Source of the DNA: Anolis carolinensis
Taxonomy: Eukaryota
Direction of reading: 5' to 3'
NCBI RefSeq assembly: GCF_035594765.1
Contig: NW_026943820.1
Span: forward strand, 24,560,647-24,624,646
DNA length: 64,000 nt
Both the position numbers and the translations under genes were made by a program. The notes beneath the pieces were generated by a model, which saw nothing but the letters and a program-made list of their open reading frames with translations, was not told the DNA's origin and did no database searches. Within the stretch, counting starts at the first letter, position 1; every line of letters starts with the position of its first letter. Positions 38,007-51,428 of the stretch are shown in pieces.

Positions 38007-38689
38007 GTACGTGGCATAACATATTGCAGAAGGATTTTTTGGTAATATTTTTGTATGAAGTTATTACCTTAACAGTAATAATAAATATTGCTTCTTAATT
38101 TCCATTTTAGTTGTCAACTGGGTGCAGTTTATTAAATTTGAAGGTTGGAAAACAGTCATTCTGTAGGACTAAAGAGTATAGAATAAGGCTTTGGATGGTT
38201 TTCATGCCATTGTTAGAAAAGTGAGTGGACGTGTTAAATCAGTTGAGTAAGTGAGTCTTGTTGCAAAGTCATGATAACCCGAAGACACGCTTTGATACCT
38301 TGAAATGAAAGTGGGAAGTAGAGAATTATTTTATCCACTGTTGCTGAGTCATTGCTTCGGGGGACTGGTCTGATTCATCACTGTGTGAAATGTACTCTTT
38401 TTGTTATAATTACTTGATTATGTCAGGCTTATAATAGCCTGCTTTGACTACTGAGAACATGAGCTGCTAACCTATTCAGAATGAATGAGCATAAGTGACG
38501 GATCTGAATCTTCTGACAACTTCATTCTGCAGTTCTTACTATGTTTTATAATTAAGCCTGTGGGAGTGACAGTGAGCATGATCCCTTCAGATCCATTTGC
38601 AACACTTCTTCAGTTCAAGCAGAGTCAGATAGCGCAGGTGGGCTTTTATTGTAACTATTTCCATGATATTTATGTAAACATTTTAAGTA

Positions 38690-39011
38690 CAGTAGAGTCT
38701 CACTTATCCAACATAAACGGGCCGGCAGAACCTTGGATAAGTGAATATGTTGGATAATAAGGAGGGATTAAGGAAAAGCCTATTAAACGTCTGATTAGGT
38801 TATGATTTTACAAATTAAACACCAAAACATCATGTTATACAACAAATTTGACAGAAAAAGTAGTTCAATATGCATTAATGCTATGTAGTAATTACTGTAT
38901 TTACAAATTTAGCACCAAAATATCACAATGTATTGAAAACATTGACTACAAAATGCGTTGGATAATCCAGAACGTTGGATAAGCAAGTGTTGGATAAGTG
39001 AGACTCTACTG
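38690..39011. mobile_element. same MITE
   Basis: Both TIRs, TA flanks; in ATMIN intron 2. Confidence 0.9.
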
Positions 39012-39393
39012 TATTTTCAATAGATAGTTTAAAATTAAATAACTGTTTGCCCAGCAATTGCCTGCTGAAATGTTTCTGTGTATTATTATTATCATCATCA
39101 TCTTGGAGTTTTTTCCCCCCAATTCAGAACTCAAGAAGATTAACAAAAAATTTAAAACACTTACAAATTCACAGAATACAGCAGATTCAATTTTGTTCCT
39201 TAGGAATATGGATTATCTAGCATTTGATTTAAATGCAAAAGATTTTGAAGTTCAATCCTTAAAACATCCAAGGGCTGAAATCCTGGAGAGCTGCTGACAG
39301 TCAGTATAGAGAATATTGAGCTGGATAGACCAATAGGTATACACCGTTATTTTATGTTCCTGTAACCTTCTTGATTGCTTTTATGTGTTTCAG

Positions 39394-39593
39394 CACTTCA
39401 TGAAAATGCATGCTGAAAAAAAGCATAAATGTGACAAGTGTAGCAATTCCTATGGCACTGTATGGGATCTAAAGCGGCATGTTGAGGACTGTGGCAAGAC
39501 CTTCCAGTGCACCTGTGGGTGCCCTTATGCCAGCAGGACAGCACTCTTGTCTCACATTTATAGGACGCAGCATGAGATCCCTGCTGAACACCG
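39394..39593 (+). CDS. ATMIN: ATMIN exon 3
   Basis: ttcag|HFMKMHAEKKHKCDKCSNSYGTVWDLKRHVEDCGKTFQCTCGCPYASRTALLSHIYRTQH...|gtaag; 200 bp. Confidence 0.97.
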
Positions 39594-40379
39594 GTAAGAG
39601 GAATAGTTTTCATTGTGCTTTCCTATATGTGCACAAACTTGCCTTTAAATGTTGAGTTAAAGCACTTTGTGTGAATTACTGCCCCTGCTAGCTGTTCTTT
39701 TGCTCGTAGCTTTCCTTTAAAGTTTTTGCTTACAACATAGCATCTAATGTCAATTATTTTTCAACAAGGAGTTTTAGCCTAGTGATTCAGGATGCTGTGT
39801 AATGTAGACCTTTTCAATAAGGAAGAAAATGTAGCAAGTGTTCGGGAAATTATTCATCAAGAAGTTTAACATAATAGGTTCATGAATATTGAACGCACTA
39901 ATCAGAAAAGAGTACCAAAGACATACTCAGCATTGTTGTCTGTTTAAATTAAAATTGCTGCAGGATTATGCATTGCTGAATAATCTAAGCCAATTTTGAG
40001 TATAGGTAACAGTTCGTTTCTTTGCCTAGCAATTTTTGCTTAATGTTGCATTCAGTTCCTTTTTCAATCCTTTTACTAAATATGTTTTCAAATCAGACCT
40101 TTTTCTTCATTTTACTGAAATTCTGTTTTAATAATAGTAAGAGCTGCAAGGTGAGAAGGACCTTTTAGTTGAAAGGCTCTTTAACCAATTCTGTTCTTTT
40201 CTTGGCTCCGTTTGAGTTTAAGATATAATGCTTCCTTCTGTCAGGAGTTTGGACCTTGACTTTGGAAGGTATTTCTGCAGGGGGGGATGTTTTTATTATT
40301 TTATTTCTACCCCACTTTATCTAACTAAAAAGTGTGCTACAATTGACCACAATTGTTAAGAATTTGTTCATGTTTACAG

Positions 40380-42210
40380 GGATCCACCTAGTAAGAAAAG
40401 GAAATTAGAAACCTCAATATCCAGTCAGCTGCTGCGAGAAAAAGTGAAAGAAGCATCTGCCAATATCCAGATAGAGTACACTCGTTCTAACGACTTCGAG
40501 ACATCGGAGATCAAACCAGCAGCTTCCTTTGAGGACTCCAGCCATTCCTGTACAACTAAACAAACACAAACACAGCCAAAAAATGCACCAAAGTTGCTTC
40601 TGCCAAAACCAAAAGTTGCTTTGGTTAAACTCCCTGTAATGCAGCTTACTCATTTGCCTGTCTTTGTATCAGCACCAGACTCTTCTGTCAAACCTGTTGT
40701 CGTTACTGTTGATAACAAAGGCTCTGTGATGAACACTGTTCACTTAATGCCTCTGCCTGTCGTATTTATGGTGCCTGCGTTGGAGACTGAAACACATGCA
40801 CTTAAAAGCTCCCTTCCCTTTTCAAAAACCAAAAACACAGGCAGCATGGAGCCAGTCAGCACGGGTGTCCAGGTCAATTTGGGTAAAGTTACACCATCAG
40901 GTAATGCAATTCAAGATCTGGAGGCCATATGCTACAAGAATGGGATTTGTTCCACAAACGTACAGACTGATTTATCTTATATTTCACAGAACTTTGTGCC
41001 TTCTGGAGCCTGGCCTGCTGATTCCTCTGTGTCGTCTTGCTCTCAGACAGACCTGACGTTCAGTTCACAGGTTTTGCTGCCAATTAGTGTGCAAACACAA
41101 ACCCTGTTACCTTGTTCAAAGCTGACTTCCTCCATAGCTGCTCAGACAGATACACTCGCCCAGGCTTGTTTCCAGTCTGGTGTAATTTCACGGGAGACTC
41201 AGACCAACAGGTCACAGAAAGATAAGGATGGGAGAGCACAAATGGACCAGTCTGTGATGTGCAATGACATTTTTGACAGTATTAGTTCACCATTTAACAA
41301 TGCAAGTCCTGTGGCTCTTCCAGGCCCCAACCTGGTGTCTGCAGGCCTGGGTCAAAGTTTGTTACAAAGAGGAAGCTGCAGGTCTTTGAATCAGGACACA
41401 AAGTGTGAACCAATTATCAGTTTCAGTGCACAGAATAATATTCTTCCACAGCAAGTTATGACAGACAATCAGACCCAAACGATGGAGTTACTGAATGACC
41501 TAGAAACTATTTTTTCAAGTAATACAGCAGGACAGCCATTGGATAATCGTACTCTGTTAGCAGACACTAATTCAAATTCCACCACTCCCCTCCCTTCTGG
41601 CTCTGCACAGAATGCAGGAATAGATTTTGACATAGAGGATTTCTTCACTGCCTCCAATATCCAAACGCAGACAGAAGAGACCAAGCTTGATAACTTGAGC
41701 TCTGAGCCAGTTTTGGAATCACTAGATATTGAAACTCAGACAGATTTATTTTCAGATGATGTCATACAGTCCTATAACTGCAGAAATAATCCCAGTTTCT
41801 TAGCTTTGGAGATGTTTGACACACAGACCCAGACGGACTTAAATTTCTTTTTAGATAGCCCCTATCTTTCTTTGGGGAGTATTTTGAAGCAGTCTGCCTT
41901 CTCTATGAGCACAGATTCATCTGATACAGAAACACAAACAGAAATGCAGTTTTCTGAGAGGAGTGCCTCCAACCAAATGGCAGAATGCAAAGTTGAGCTA
42001 AGCAGTGCTGAAACACAGACCATGGATAGCTGCTTTGAAACTTTAGGCAGCTTATTCCTAACCAGCAATGAGACTCAGACAGCGATGGATGACTTTCTTT
42101 TAGCTGACTTGGCCTGGAATACAATGGAATCACAGTTCAGTTCAGTGGAAACACAGACTTGTGCAGAATTGTGCTCTTTGTTTCAAAGTACTGATAAGAC
42201 AAGCCAGTGA
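40380..42210 (+). CDS. ATMIN: ATMIN exon 4 (SQ/TQ cluster, TQT repeats)
   Basis: tacag|(R)DPPSKKRK... then many xxTQT/QT motifs typical of the DYNLL1/LC8-binding region. Joined CDS is 2403 nt (800 aa). Confidence 0.97.
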
Positions 42211-45200
42211 GTGCTTTTCTTGAATTCTGCCTTTCCTGAGGTTTATGTTATGCGCGGGTAGGAGAAACTGATCCTGGTGTCAGTTCTGATGAATGTAATA
42301 GAACGTATAAGTTGGTTTACAAACCCTGACTTATTATGAGGTACTTTTAACTGCTAAATGTTCATTATTAATATGACTCCTGTGTATGTTTGTTCCCTGT
42401 ATCTTATTGCTATATATTTGAACCTTTCATGACTAATGAGTCATCTGGTGCCTACCTCTGCTCCTTACTCATAGCCTTTAGTCATGCCTGTCCTCTGAAT
42501 TTGACACTAAGGCTGCAAACTTTAAGTCATTTATTGTGAGTTATTGCTGTGCAAACGAGTAAACAGTCATACAATTGCATTTATAATTGGACCAGGCCTG
42601 GCTTTCCTTACATGCTTTTTGATCCTCCAAATCCTAAATGTATTGTCCATCATTGTTTTATTTATTGTTTACAGTTTAACTATATGGTCACTATGTCATG
42701 ATTGTGTCTAGTGATTCCTAAGAATTCACGTTTCTGCATGCTGATTTGATCAAAGTTGAGTTCTGCATGAATATTTCTAGCAAAATCTGGAGCAACATGT
42801 TACTTACTGCGTTAAGCAGGATATTCTAAGAATCCTACCAAAGTATTATAAAGCAGCTTTTACTTTGTTCTGACTTCTGATATATGAGCCATGCTTTTTG
42901 TTTCTTGGGAGATAGTATTCTTACAGATCCTTAACAGCAACAAAGAAACCCAACCAAACACCTTTGTTTCAAGAACTGCAAATCAAACCGTAGAAAGGAG
43001 CTTCAGAACATACGTCATTTGGTCGGTCTCCTACAACTAATAAAATTGTTCACCAAACCACCACATGACTTGCGTGCAACCATAGACATTAACCAAAGAT
43101 TTTACGTTATGGTGGAGGTACAGTTGTGGCAGTGAGTGAATTCCCTGATTTCCTGTTGATCCTTAGACTTAATCAAAAACTGCTATAACTTTCGAAGATT
43201 GAAAACTATAGTGATTATTGATTTAATTAAATGCTGTTGATAACAGTCTGCCAACATACATGTATAATCAATTATTCATTTTCTGAACTGATGTTATATT
43301 TTGCCCTCAAACTCTTGTTGCTTTTAGTCAGACTTTTAATGTGTGAACAGTCCAGGTTCATATTTGTGTCCTTTCTGTCTGTTCAGGAACCAACAGTGGA
43401 TGCCTGTTACTTAGATTCATTCTATAAAGGGTTATGTCCCTTGTTTCTTTAGTAGGATGGTATCTGCCTTAGAAGCACACCTGGGAGAGAATTCATGATT
43501 GAATCCTGTATGCTCAAAGCATCGTTGAAACTTCCACTGATTACTTTAGCCAAACTGGCAAATGGCTTCTAGGTTGATGAAAGTGGCATAGTGTTCTCCT
43601 TCACAGAACAGTATGCTGTTGAAAAGTTGATGGAGCTGCAGGATCCAAATGAGACACATTTTTGTCAAAGCATTTTGCATCACTGAAGTCTGATTATGCA
43701 AGTTACCATGCCTCACATAAATTGTTTTGATATGAATTGCTACTCTTGAGAGAAATTTTGAGTATACTTGGAGTTTGTCTTGTGCTTCCTGTGCAAAGCT
43801 TGGTGTGATTTATTTTGCTAAAGGAGACATTGCCCTTTTAGTTGCAGTTCACATATAGTGGCCTTTATGAACCTGACAAAAATGTCAGCACCTTGTCTTC
43901 GTAGTAGTAGCTGTGCTTAGAGGATATATTCAAATACTCAGGCATTGGTACCCGAGCACTAGTATGTGTCTATTCATCTCAAAACACAGCAGGCAACTAT
44001 CCGGAGTAAAAGCAATACCACCGATACAGTAGGGAATTCGTTGGCTCGAAATCCTCAAATTATTGTCTTTTAAGTTGCTATTTATAGATAGAAGATACTT
44101 CTAAAAACAAGGATGCAGTTTTGATCTCTGGGTCATCTTTCATCCTATGCTGTTTACAGTGCGTCATTTATATTTTGCAGTAACTCATATCAGACTGTGC
44201 CTGTGACTAAATCTGCACGTGGGATGAAGAAACTGCATGGGTGAGGGAAATGTACTGCATTTGTTTTGAGCTCATAAATTAGACTTAACAGTTCTCCACA
44301 AATTTGTGTGTTTTTTTCCCTACAGGATTAGCTAATCTGCCATATGCCTCCATTTGCAGTCTTATAGTAGAAGTATGATATAACCACCATATTCACAGGA
44401 GATATATTCCAAATTTTACTGTGGAAACAAAACTGTAGATAACAGTGCATCATATTCAAATGAACAACTCAAAGAGTCACCCTCAAGGACTCCTCCAATG
44501 TGACTATGCAGAGGAAGCATAGAATTGCCTGGGGGACCAAGAAAATTCCTAGAGATGATCAGATGTGGGTAAACAAAACCATAGGAACCAGGTATGGAGA
44601 TCATACCATATGTGATAAAATGAAAATAACTTTGACCTAACCCTATTGGTTAACTGATTTGATCAAGGAGCTATGATGCATGGGGGATTTTTTCCCTTAG
44701 GTTCTATTTAGAGGGTTTCTGCCCAGCCAATGGACACTTTGTAGAACTAAAGTGTTGGTCAAATTATAATTATCTAAACTCAGTCCCTGTCTGAAATTAA
44801 TATGAGCCCATTAAAAGGAGTTTGTGCACAAAGCTATTGCCTTTAATTTTATATTTGCAGAGGCTTTCCTAGTATATCCTACGTAGGGCCCTTCTACACT
44901 GCCATATAATCCAGTTCAAAGCAGATAATCTGGATTTTATACAGCGATGTAGAAGGGGTCTTAGTAGTAATATACATTGAAAAGACTTGTATTTTTAAAA
45001 AATAGTTTATGTAGATACTATATTGGTATGGCCAAAACAGTGCTTAGTTACATGAAACATTAGCAAATCAGTTACAAGAGGTAAGTTTATTTAAGCATGG
45101 GTTACCTGACCCAAATAGAGCATAATACCACAGCTCCATATTTTGAACTAGTTTCTCCCTTGTTTAATCTACACAATAAAGTCCTTCACAAAAGACTTGC

Positions 45201-46439
45201 CATGCTCAGTCTATCTTTGGGACCTTCCACACAGCCATATAACCCAGAATATCAAGGCTGAAAATCTCACAATATCTGCTTTGAAGTGGATTATCTGAGG
45301 TCCCTTCCAGCTAGGCCCTATATCCCAGGATTTGATCACAGGTTTTCTGTTTATTCCAGATTATCTGGCAGTGTGGACTCGTAATCCAGTTTAAAGCAGA
45401 AAACCTGGGATCAGATCCTGAAATGTAGGGTCACTCTGGAAGGGCCCTGCGTCCACAATGGCATATATTCCAGCAGAAAATGTGGGATTTTATTCAGCTG
45501 TATTGAAGGGGCCTTTGCTTAAAGCAAACAAAAACTCACTCTGCTTCTCATTATTAATCCACTTAGATGTTACATTGCCAAATAATGTGCTACTATTTGT
45601 GGTTCTTATCCTTATTGTTCTACTAAGATAACAGAAGGCGCTTACTGTTATGCATTGGAATATTTATTTGCAGTTCCTGGAATAATAACAGTCTATATGG
45701 TCTATATAGATAACACACCTTTAAACAAACCCAATTTAATATTGGGTAACCTACTGGCTTTTTCTGGGAAGAACCTCATACTTAAGTTCTTATGTTGTTG
45801 GGATTTTTTCAGTTAGAGTTCACTATTACCTAGAAACCAAATGAAATAAGTTCTTATTCAGGCAACGAAGGGGAACATAGCTTTACATGTTGCTGCCTGT
45901 CTCAAGCCTATAACTTTTTCCACGTGATCAACTCTCCCAAAACTTAGTTGGTTTCTTTCTTTAGCCTTCACAAGGCTATCCTAGCTGCTATGTTTCAGAT
46001 ATTTTAATGCCTTCAATTAAAGGGTCAGCAGCAGCACTTTACAAAGTAGGGATAAAAGAAAGGTGATCAACAGTGTGCCATATTGTGCAATCTTTGAAAG
46101 CATCTTCACTAATGCAGTGATGGGAGAGGCAGTTTTGAAAAACTGATTTCTGGATCCTGTTATGTTTAATTTCACTCCACAATTGTATAAATATTCTTTA
46201 TATTCCTAAGGCTTGGATATCTTTCTGTACTGCATCTAAAGCAGTGGGGCTATATAAAAAAAACCCTCTTGCTAAAATAACTGTTTTTTTAAAGGTACTG
46301 CTAAGTTGCTTCTTTTTTTACCACTTCCATCTTCCTCTTTCTACGTTGCAAGAGACTAACATGGTTACTTCTTTGAGAGCACAATAAAGCAAGCACAGTA
46401 GGCAAAATGCACTTGCCTCTTGATTTGTAATCGTAAAAT

Positions 46440-46660
46440 GAGTTAACCAGATCTGGTCTGGTTTTGCAAGCTAAGCAGGGTCAGCCCTTGTTAGTACTTG
46501 GATGGGAGACTGCCAAATGAATACCAGGTACAGTCAGTTCCATTTTAGAGGAAAAAACTGGCAGAACTACCTCTGGGTATTCTTTGTCTAAGAAAATCCT
46601 ATGGCATTCACAGATTTGTCAGAAGTCAACAGGCAGCTTGAATGCATATGCGCACACACT
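46440..46660 (+). mobile_element. 5S rRNA-derived SINE (5S-Sauria-like)
   Basis: AAGCTAAGCAGGGTCAGCCCTTGTTAGTACTTGGATGGGAGACTGCC matches the 5S internal control region and is followed by a non-5S body and a CA-rich end. Too diverged to be a functional 5S gene. Confidence 0.75.
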
Positions 46661-47060
46661 AGATGTTTATGCAATTGCATGTATAGAACTACAAGTACTA
46701 TAGACTTGAAATAAATTAATCTTTGCCCTGTGTAAAACTGTTTAAGTGCCCACATGTATGTGATGCAGCCCATGTATGTCATAAAGGCAAAGGAGTAAAT
46801 ACGTGCCTGTCTTGATTCACCAGCATTCCTGCCTTTTATTTTTACTGAATATTATTTATGCAGCATGCTAGTGTTTGGTTGTCTTTTATTTGTTCTGGAC
46901 ATGCTTGTTCTCAATAGTTGCAAATGGAATGAGTTGATTTATGAAACCATCTGCATATACTTTACTATGGGTAATTCCCACCTCCAAAACAATTTAATTC
47001 ACTCTTCTGTTAGATGCAGAACTATCACTGGTTATTCTGTATGTGCATCAGCATCTCATG

Positions 47061-47310
47061 GAGGAGCCGTGGTGACACAGTAGGTTAAACCCTTGTGCCA
47101 GCTGAACTGCTGACCTGAAGGTTGCTGGTACGAATCCACGAGATGGGGTGAGCTCTTGTCTGTCGGCTCTAGTTTGCGGGGACATGAAAGAAGCCTCCCG
47201 GCTAACACATCTGGGCGTCTCCTGGGCAACGTCTCTGTAGATGACCAATTCTCTCACACTAGAAATGACTTGCGGAATGTTCTCAAGTCGCTTCTGACAC
47301 AATAAAAAAA
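47061..47310 (+). mobile_element. SINE family A
   Basis: Head GGAGCCGTGGTGACACAG; tail CTGACACAATAAAAAAA. Confidence 0.85.
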
Positions 47311-47960
47311 TCGGTATTTCATGGCTGTATATCATTATCTGGCCTTTTACTCGCATTCCTTAAGATATGCATTTGACAGAATAAATTTTGTTTTTGAAGC
47401 TACTAGCAATGGTAGAGCTATTTTCCAGAAATGTACCTACTGTTGAAAGATCAACAGATCAAAGCATTGTGATTTTAGTCATTAGAAACCATGATGTCAT
47501 CGAACTGCTACAGAAAAAAGGTCATTTTGTTTTCCACACAGCACTTGTGTCTTACAAAGTGTGTGGAATGAGAGGATATTTCCCTCTTGTCTTGTGGCAG
47601 CTCTGTTCGGCAGGGTTTCCTAAGGAGATGCAATGATTTCAAGAGAAAGCGAAACAGGCTGCCATAAAAATTGAAGAGCTGGAAAATGTATTAAAAAACA
47701 GAGACCCATCCATGCCACTTTGAATTTCTAGCAACTGTGTATTACACTCACAATTATAGTAGTATGTTAGATCTGAATTTGCCTCAATTAATAAGCATCC
47801 CTTTCTCTTTTTGAGTAGTGTTTGCCCTTCCTTCCCATGTAACAAGCTAGAACCAGAGCTCATGAATCCCAGATATTTGCCTCCAAGTAAAAGCTGAGCT
47901 CATAAATCCTAATGATTAAGTTTACAGCCTAATTTGTGGTGTTGCTATACTTGAGGCAAT

Positions 47961-48233
47961 TTTTAATTGTGTCAGAAGCAACTTGAGAACATACTGCAAA
48001 TCGCTTCTGGTGTAGGAGAATTGGCCATCTACAGAGACGTTGCCCAGGGGATGCCCAGATGTGTTACCATCCTGCAGGGAGGCTTCTCTTATGTTCCCGC
48101 AAGCTAGAGCTGACAGAAAGGAGCTCACCCCATCTCACACATTTGAACCAGCAACCTTCAGGTTAGTAACTCAACCTTCAAGCCAGCAGTTCAGCCAGCA
48201 CAAAGGTTTAATAAATTGCGCCACCACGGCTCC
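47961..48233 (-). mobile_element. SINE family A
   Basis: TSD TTGAGGCAAT; starts just downstream of the duplicated-exon stop codon. Confidence 0.85.
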
Positions 48234-48320
48234 TTGAGGCAATGCTGTCCTGTTTCACCATTGCAGTAAATATGTTCAATATCTTTGCAAACTGAATAGT
48301 AATGACTTCACAAGATTATT

Positions 48321-49055
48321 CTAGGCCACGGAAAAGACCCAACATATTTCAGAAAAAGACAAAATACCTGAGTCTTGTGGACAAATCAAAGAGTGGTACA
48401 TTATTTTTGTATTGGATTTTTCTACCACATTATTCATACCAATTTTTTTTCTATTCTTTGGCTTGACTTTTTTAGTTGCAGGTCTGTGGGATACCATTTC
48501 ATCAGGTGTGGCGTCTTCTCTTTTAGTTCTTTTTGCAGCAGTTGCTTCGTTATTTAAAGGGGGCTCCAGATGTATATTGATAACACCAAATTCATCTTGC
48601 CTAAAGACCAACAATGCATTTAAGGTTATATAGCTCAAGTTGCTATGGATTACTTTTGACAGGTTGGTCTCCTTATGTCTCATGACTTTAGGTCTTGTCC
48701 ATTGTTTTGAGTAGTTAATTTCATATTCCTTTATAGGCAAGGTCTTTTCTTCACCTAGAAGTGTTTGAATAGAGTTTAATTTTTTTCTCATGATTTCTCT
48801 TTCAGAATTTGTCGTCATTTTGTATGGTTTGATACTGGCGACGCCAATCTCTTGATTGCTTGAAATGGTTTCTATTTTAGGAAATTTGTCATGATTTTTT
48901 TGTTTCTTGCTTCCTAGTTGATCTACCCAGTCCATGTTTTTTTTCAGACTAGATGTGATTTTCTGATGACATATCCTTGGAAGTATTTTGTTTCTCCTTG
49001 GCTTTTTGGAGATTTTACAGCATGCAAAGGGAGTCGCTCTCCCCCAACCTTGTTC
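48321..49055 (-). CDS. duplicated C16orf46-like terminal exon (putative alternative last exon)
   Basis: Strong acceptor ttttttttccctctcccag|EQGWGRATPFACCKISKKPRR; 244 open codons. Shares QGW..P.A, SIQT, K..PIKE and PPL motifs with the exon at 53103-54245, with the same phase 0. Confidence 0.7.
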   Translation of the reverse strand, partial: EQGWGRATPFACCKISKKPRRNKILPRICHQKITSSLKKNMDWVDQLGSKKQKNHDKFPKIETISSNQEIGVASIKPYKMTTNSEREIMRKKLNSIQTLLGEEKTLPIKEYEINYSKQWTRPKVMRHKETNLSKVIHSNLSYITLNALLVFRQDEFGVINIHLEPPLNNEATAAKRTKREDATPDEMVSHRPATKKVKPKNRKKIGMNNVVEKSNTKIMYHSLICPQDSGILSFSEICWVFSVA

Positions 49056-49235
49056 CTGGGAGAGGGAAAAAAAACACTGAATTAATACTGAGATGTTTGC
49101 AGCCGTACAAAATAATAAATTTTCCATTTCATAATACAGACATTTTTATATGGTTAATGTGACCAAATTGGGACTTAATTTGGGTCACATTTCTTACATT
49201 TTTCATTTATTGCCTTAAGTTTAACAAATATAATG

Positions 49236-49489
49236 GAGGTGCCAGTGGCACAATGGCTTAAACCCCTTGTACCAGCAGGACTGCTGACCGAAAGGTTAGT
49301 AGTTCAAATCCGGGGAGCGGGGTGACCTCCCATCTGTCAGCTCCAGCTTCTCATGTAGGGACGTGAGAAGCCTCTCACAGGATGGTAAAACATCTGAGTG
49401 TCCTCTGGGCAACATCCTTGCAGACTGTCAATTCTCTCACACCAGAAGCAACTTGCACTTTCTCAAGTCACTCCTGACACGAAAAAAAA
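49236..49489 (+). mobile_element. SINE family A
   Basis: Full length, TSD AATATAATGG. Confidence 0.85.
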
Positions 49490-49595
49490 CTAATATAATG
49501 GGAAACTAATAATAATTTCCTATTATATTTAATTGGCTAACTTGTAAGTAGATTTTTAAAGAGACCAATACAGATTTGTGCTCACCTAATATATA

Positions 49596-49928
49596 CCATA
49601 TATACTCATATATAAGGAGGCCTCATGTATAAGTCGAGGGCAGATTTTAGGTTAGAGATTTTGACATGACCTGTGTATAAATCGAGGGTAATTCCATTCA
49701 TAAAGGCTAAAAGTGGTGCTACATCAAAGATAGTAAATAGGTTTGGTGTTGTTTTTTTTAAGAAAATCTCCCAGAGTGGATTAAGCTCTTGCCTTTTGCC
49801 ACTCTACTCAGAGAAGGGGATGGCTCCTTTTTTGGATAAGAGTTTGGGTACAGTACTTACATTGACCTGTGGGTAGCCGAGCCCAGGTTTTGGCGAAATA
49901 AATTTTTTAGACTTCTACATAAATATAT
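49596..49928. mobile_element. old Tigger-like DNA element
   Basis: CCATATATACTC.T.TATAAG..GTATAAGTCGAG internal repeats; end GACTT.TACAT.A.TATATA. Confidence 0.5.
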
Positions 49929-49930
49929 AG

Positions 49931-50046
49931 CAGGCATGGGCAAACTGGTCCTCCAGGTGTTTTGGACTTCTACTCCCATAAGGCTGTTAGGAATTATGGG
50001 AGTTGAAATCCAAAACACCTGGAAGACTGAAGTTTGCCCATGCCTG
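49931..50046. mobile_element. short palindromic hAT MITE
   Basis: TIR CAGGCATGGGCAAACT; TSD (a/c)TATATAG. Confidence 0.8.
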
Positions 50047-51357
50047 CTATATAGGATAATAGCATGGCTGTCCTGATGATATACTACTGATTCTGAAGCT
50101 CCATCAGCATTATTTCTTTTCACTTGATTCAGGGCTTTTCTACACTGCCATATAGTCCAGATAATCCACTTTGAATAGGATTATCTGAGTACACTGCCAG
50201 ATAATTCAGTTCAAAGCAGATAATCTGGACTGTATACAGCTGTGTGGAAGGGTCCATAGGCAGCTGCTTGTCAGAAAAAGCAAGCTTTGGATTTACGGAA
50301 TTGGTCTTCATGGTTATTTAAATCCTGGTCAGTAGTCTTAATTTATGGAAAAGTGAACCCAAAGAAAATTCTATAGCATTTTTCATCTCAGTAAAAACAA
50401 TATGACATAATTTATCTCTCATTCCTTGTAGTACAGTAATTATTTTCCTCTTTCCATATTTTATAAAATCTTTTTTTTAAAAAAACCCTCTAGCTGAAAT
50501 CTAGAGGGAAAAGGTAGAGATACGTGCACATGTACATGTACAGCTACATATATTTGTTGGGAGTATTTATAAATGTACCTTCCTTGACAAAATGCCACTG
50601 ACAAGTTATCATTGACAAATTGAAAAACTAAGCATTTACTCTATAGCAAAACCTCTACTACTTAGCAGGACTAGGCAGATAAGTAGTCACCAAGTGAAGC
50701 AGTCACATACAGTGGCTAAGGCCCTTTCCACACAGCCATATAACCCAGAATATCAAGGCAGAAAATCCCACAATATCTGCTTTCAACTGAATTATCTGAA
50801 TCCACACTGCCATATATCCCAGTTCAAAGCAGAAAATGTGGGATTTTATTCAGCTGTGTGGAAGGGTCCTAAATTACTGGTAGCAAAAACAGTAATGCAA
50901 CAAAAACTAAGAAAATAAAAGAATTCCACGGTGTTTTGAGGAATTTTGCTTCCTCTACAGATTATATCAAAGGAGGCACTCACTCCATTTAATTGCTGGT
51001 TGAGCACAAAGTGCTTTAAATCACAAACTTGCAGAAATAGATTATGGTTTCTAAAAGATCTTACACGTAGATAATTTCTCTCTTAAATGCTTTAATCCCC
51101 CCCCCCCTTTTGTCAAATATAGTTTTTCCTGAAAAGTATGGTTGATTATTAAGGGGGATTTTTTCCCACCCTGATGCTACTTAACATTTTTGATAAAAAT
51201 GGCCTTGTTCTAGTTCAAAGAACTCAAAGAACAAGCCACAACCATTAGAACACCCATGGCACCATTTTACACAGACTCGGCAATATTTATGTTTGCATTT
51301 ATTTTCTGAAGTTTCATTTAAAAATAAGAATATTTTAGTATTTGTTTTGTTGATATA

Positions 51358-51428
51358 TGTGTGTGTGTGTGTGTCCATATACATACATACATACATACAT
51401 ACATACATACACACACATACATATATAT
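51358..51428. repeat. compound (TG)n/(TACA)n microsatellite
   Basis: Direct inspection. Confidence 0.9.

Noticed and set aside
46440-46535. 5S rRNA gene
   Set aside because: The 5' end is diverged, there is no T-run terminator at the expected place, and it continues into a SINE body.
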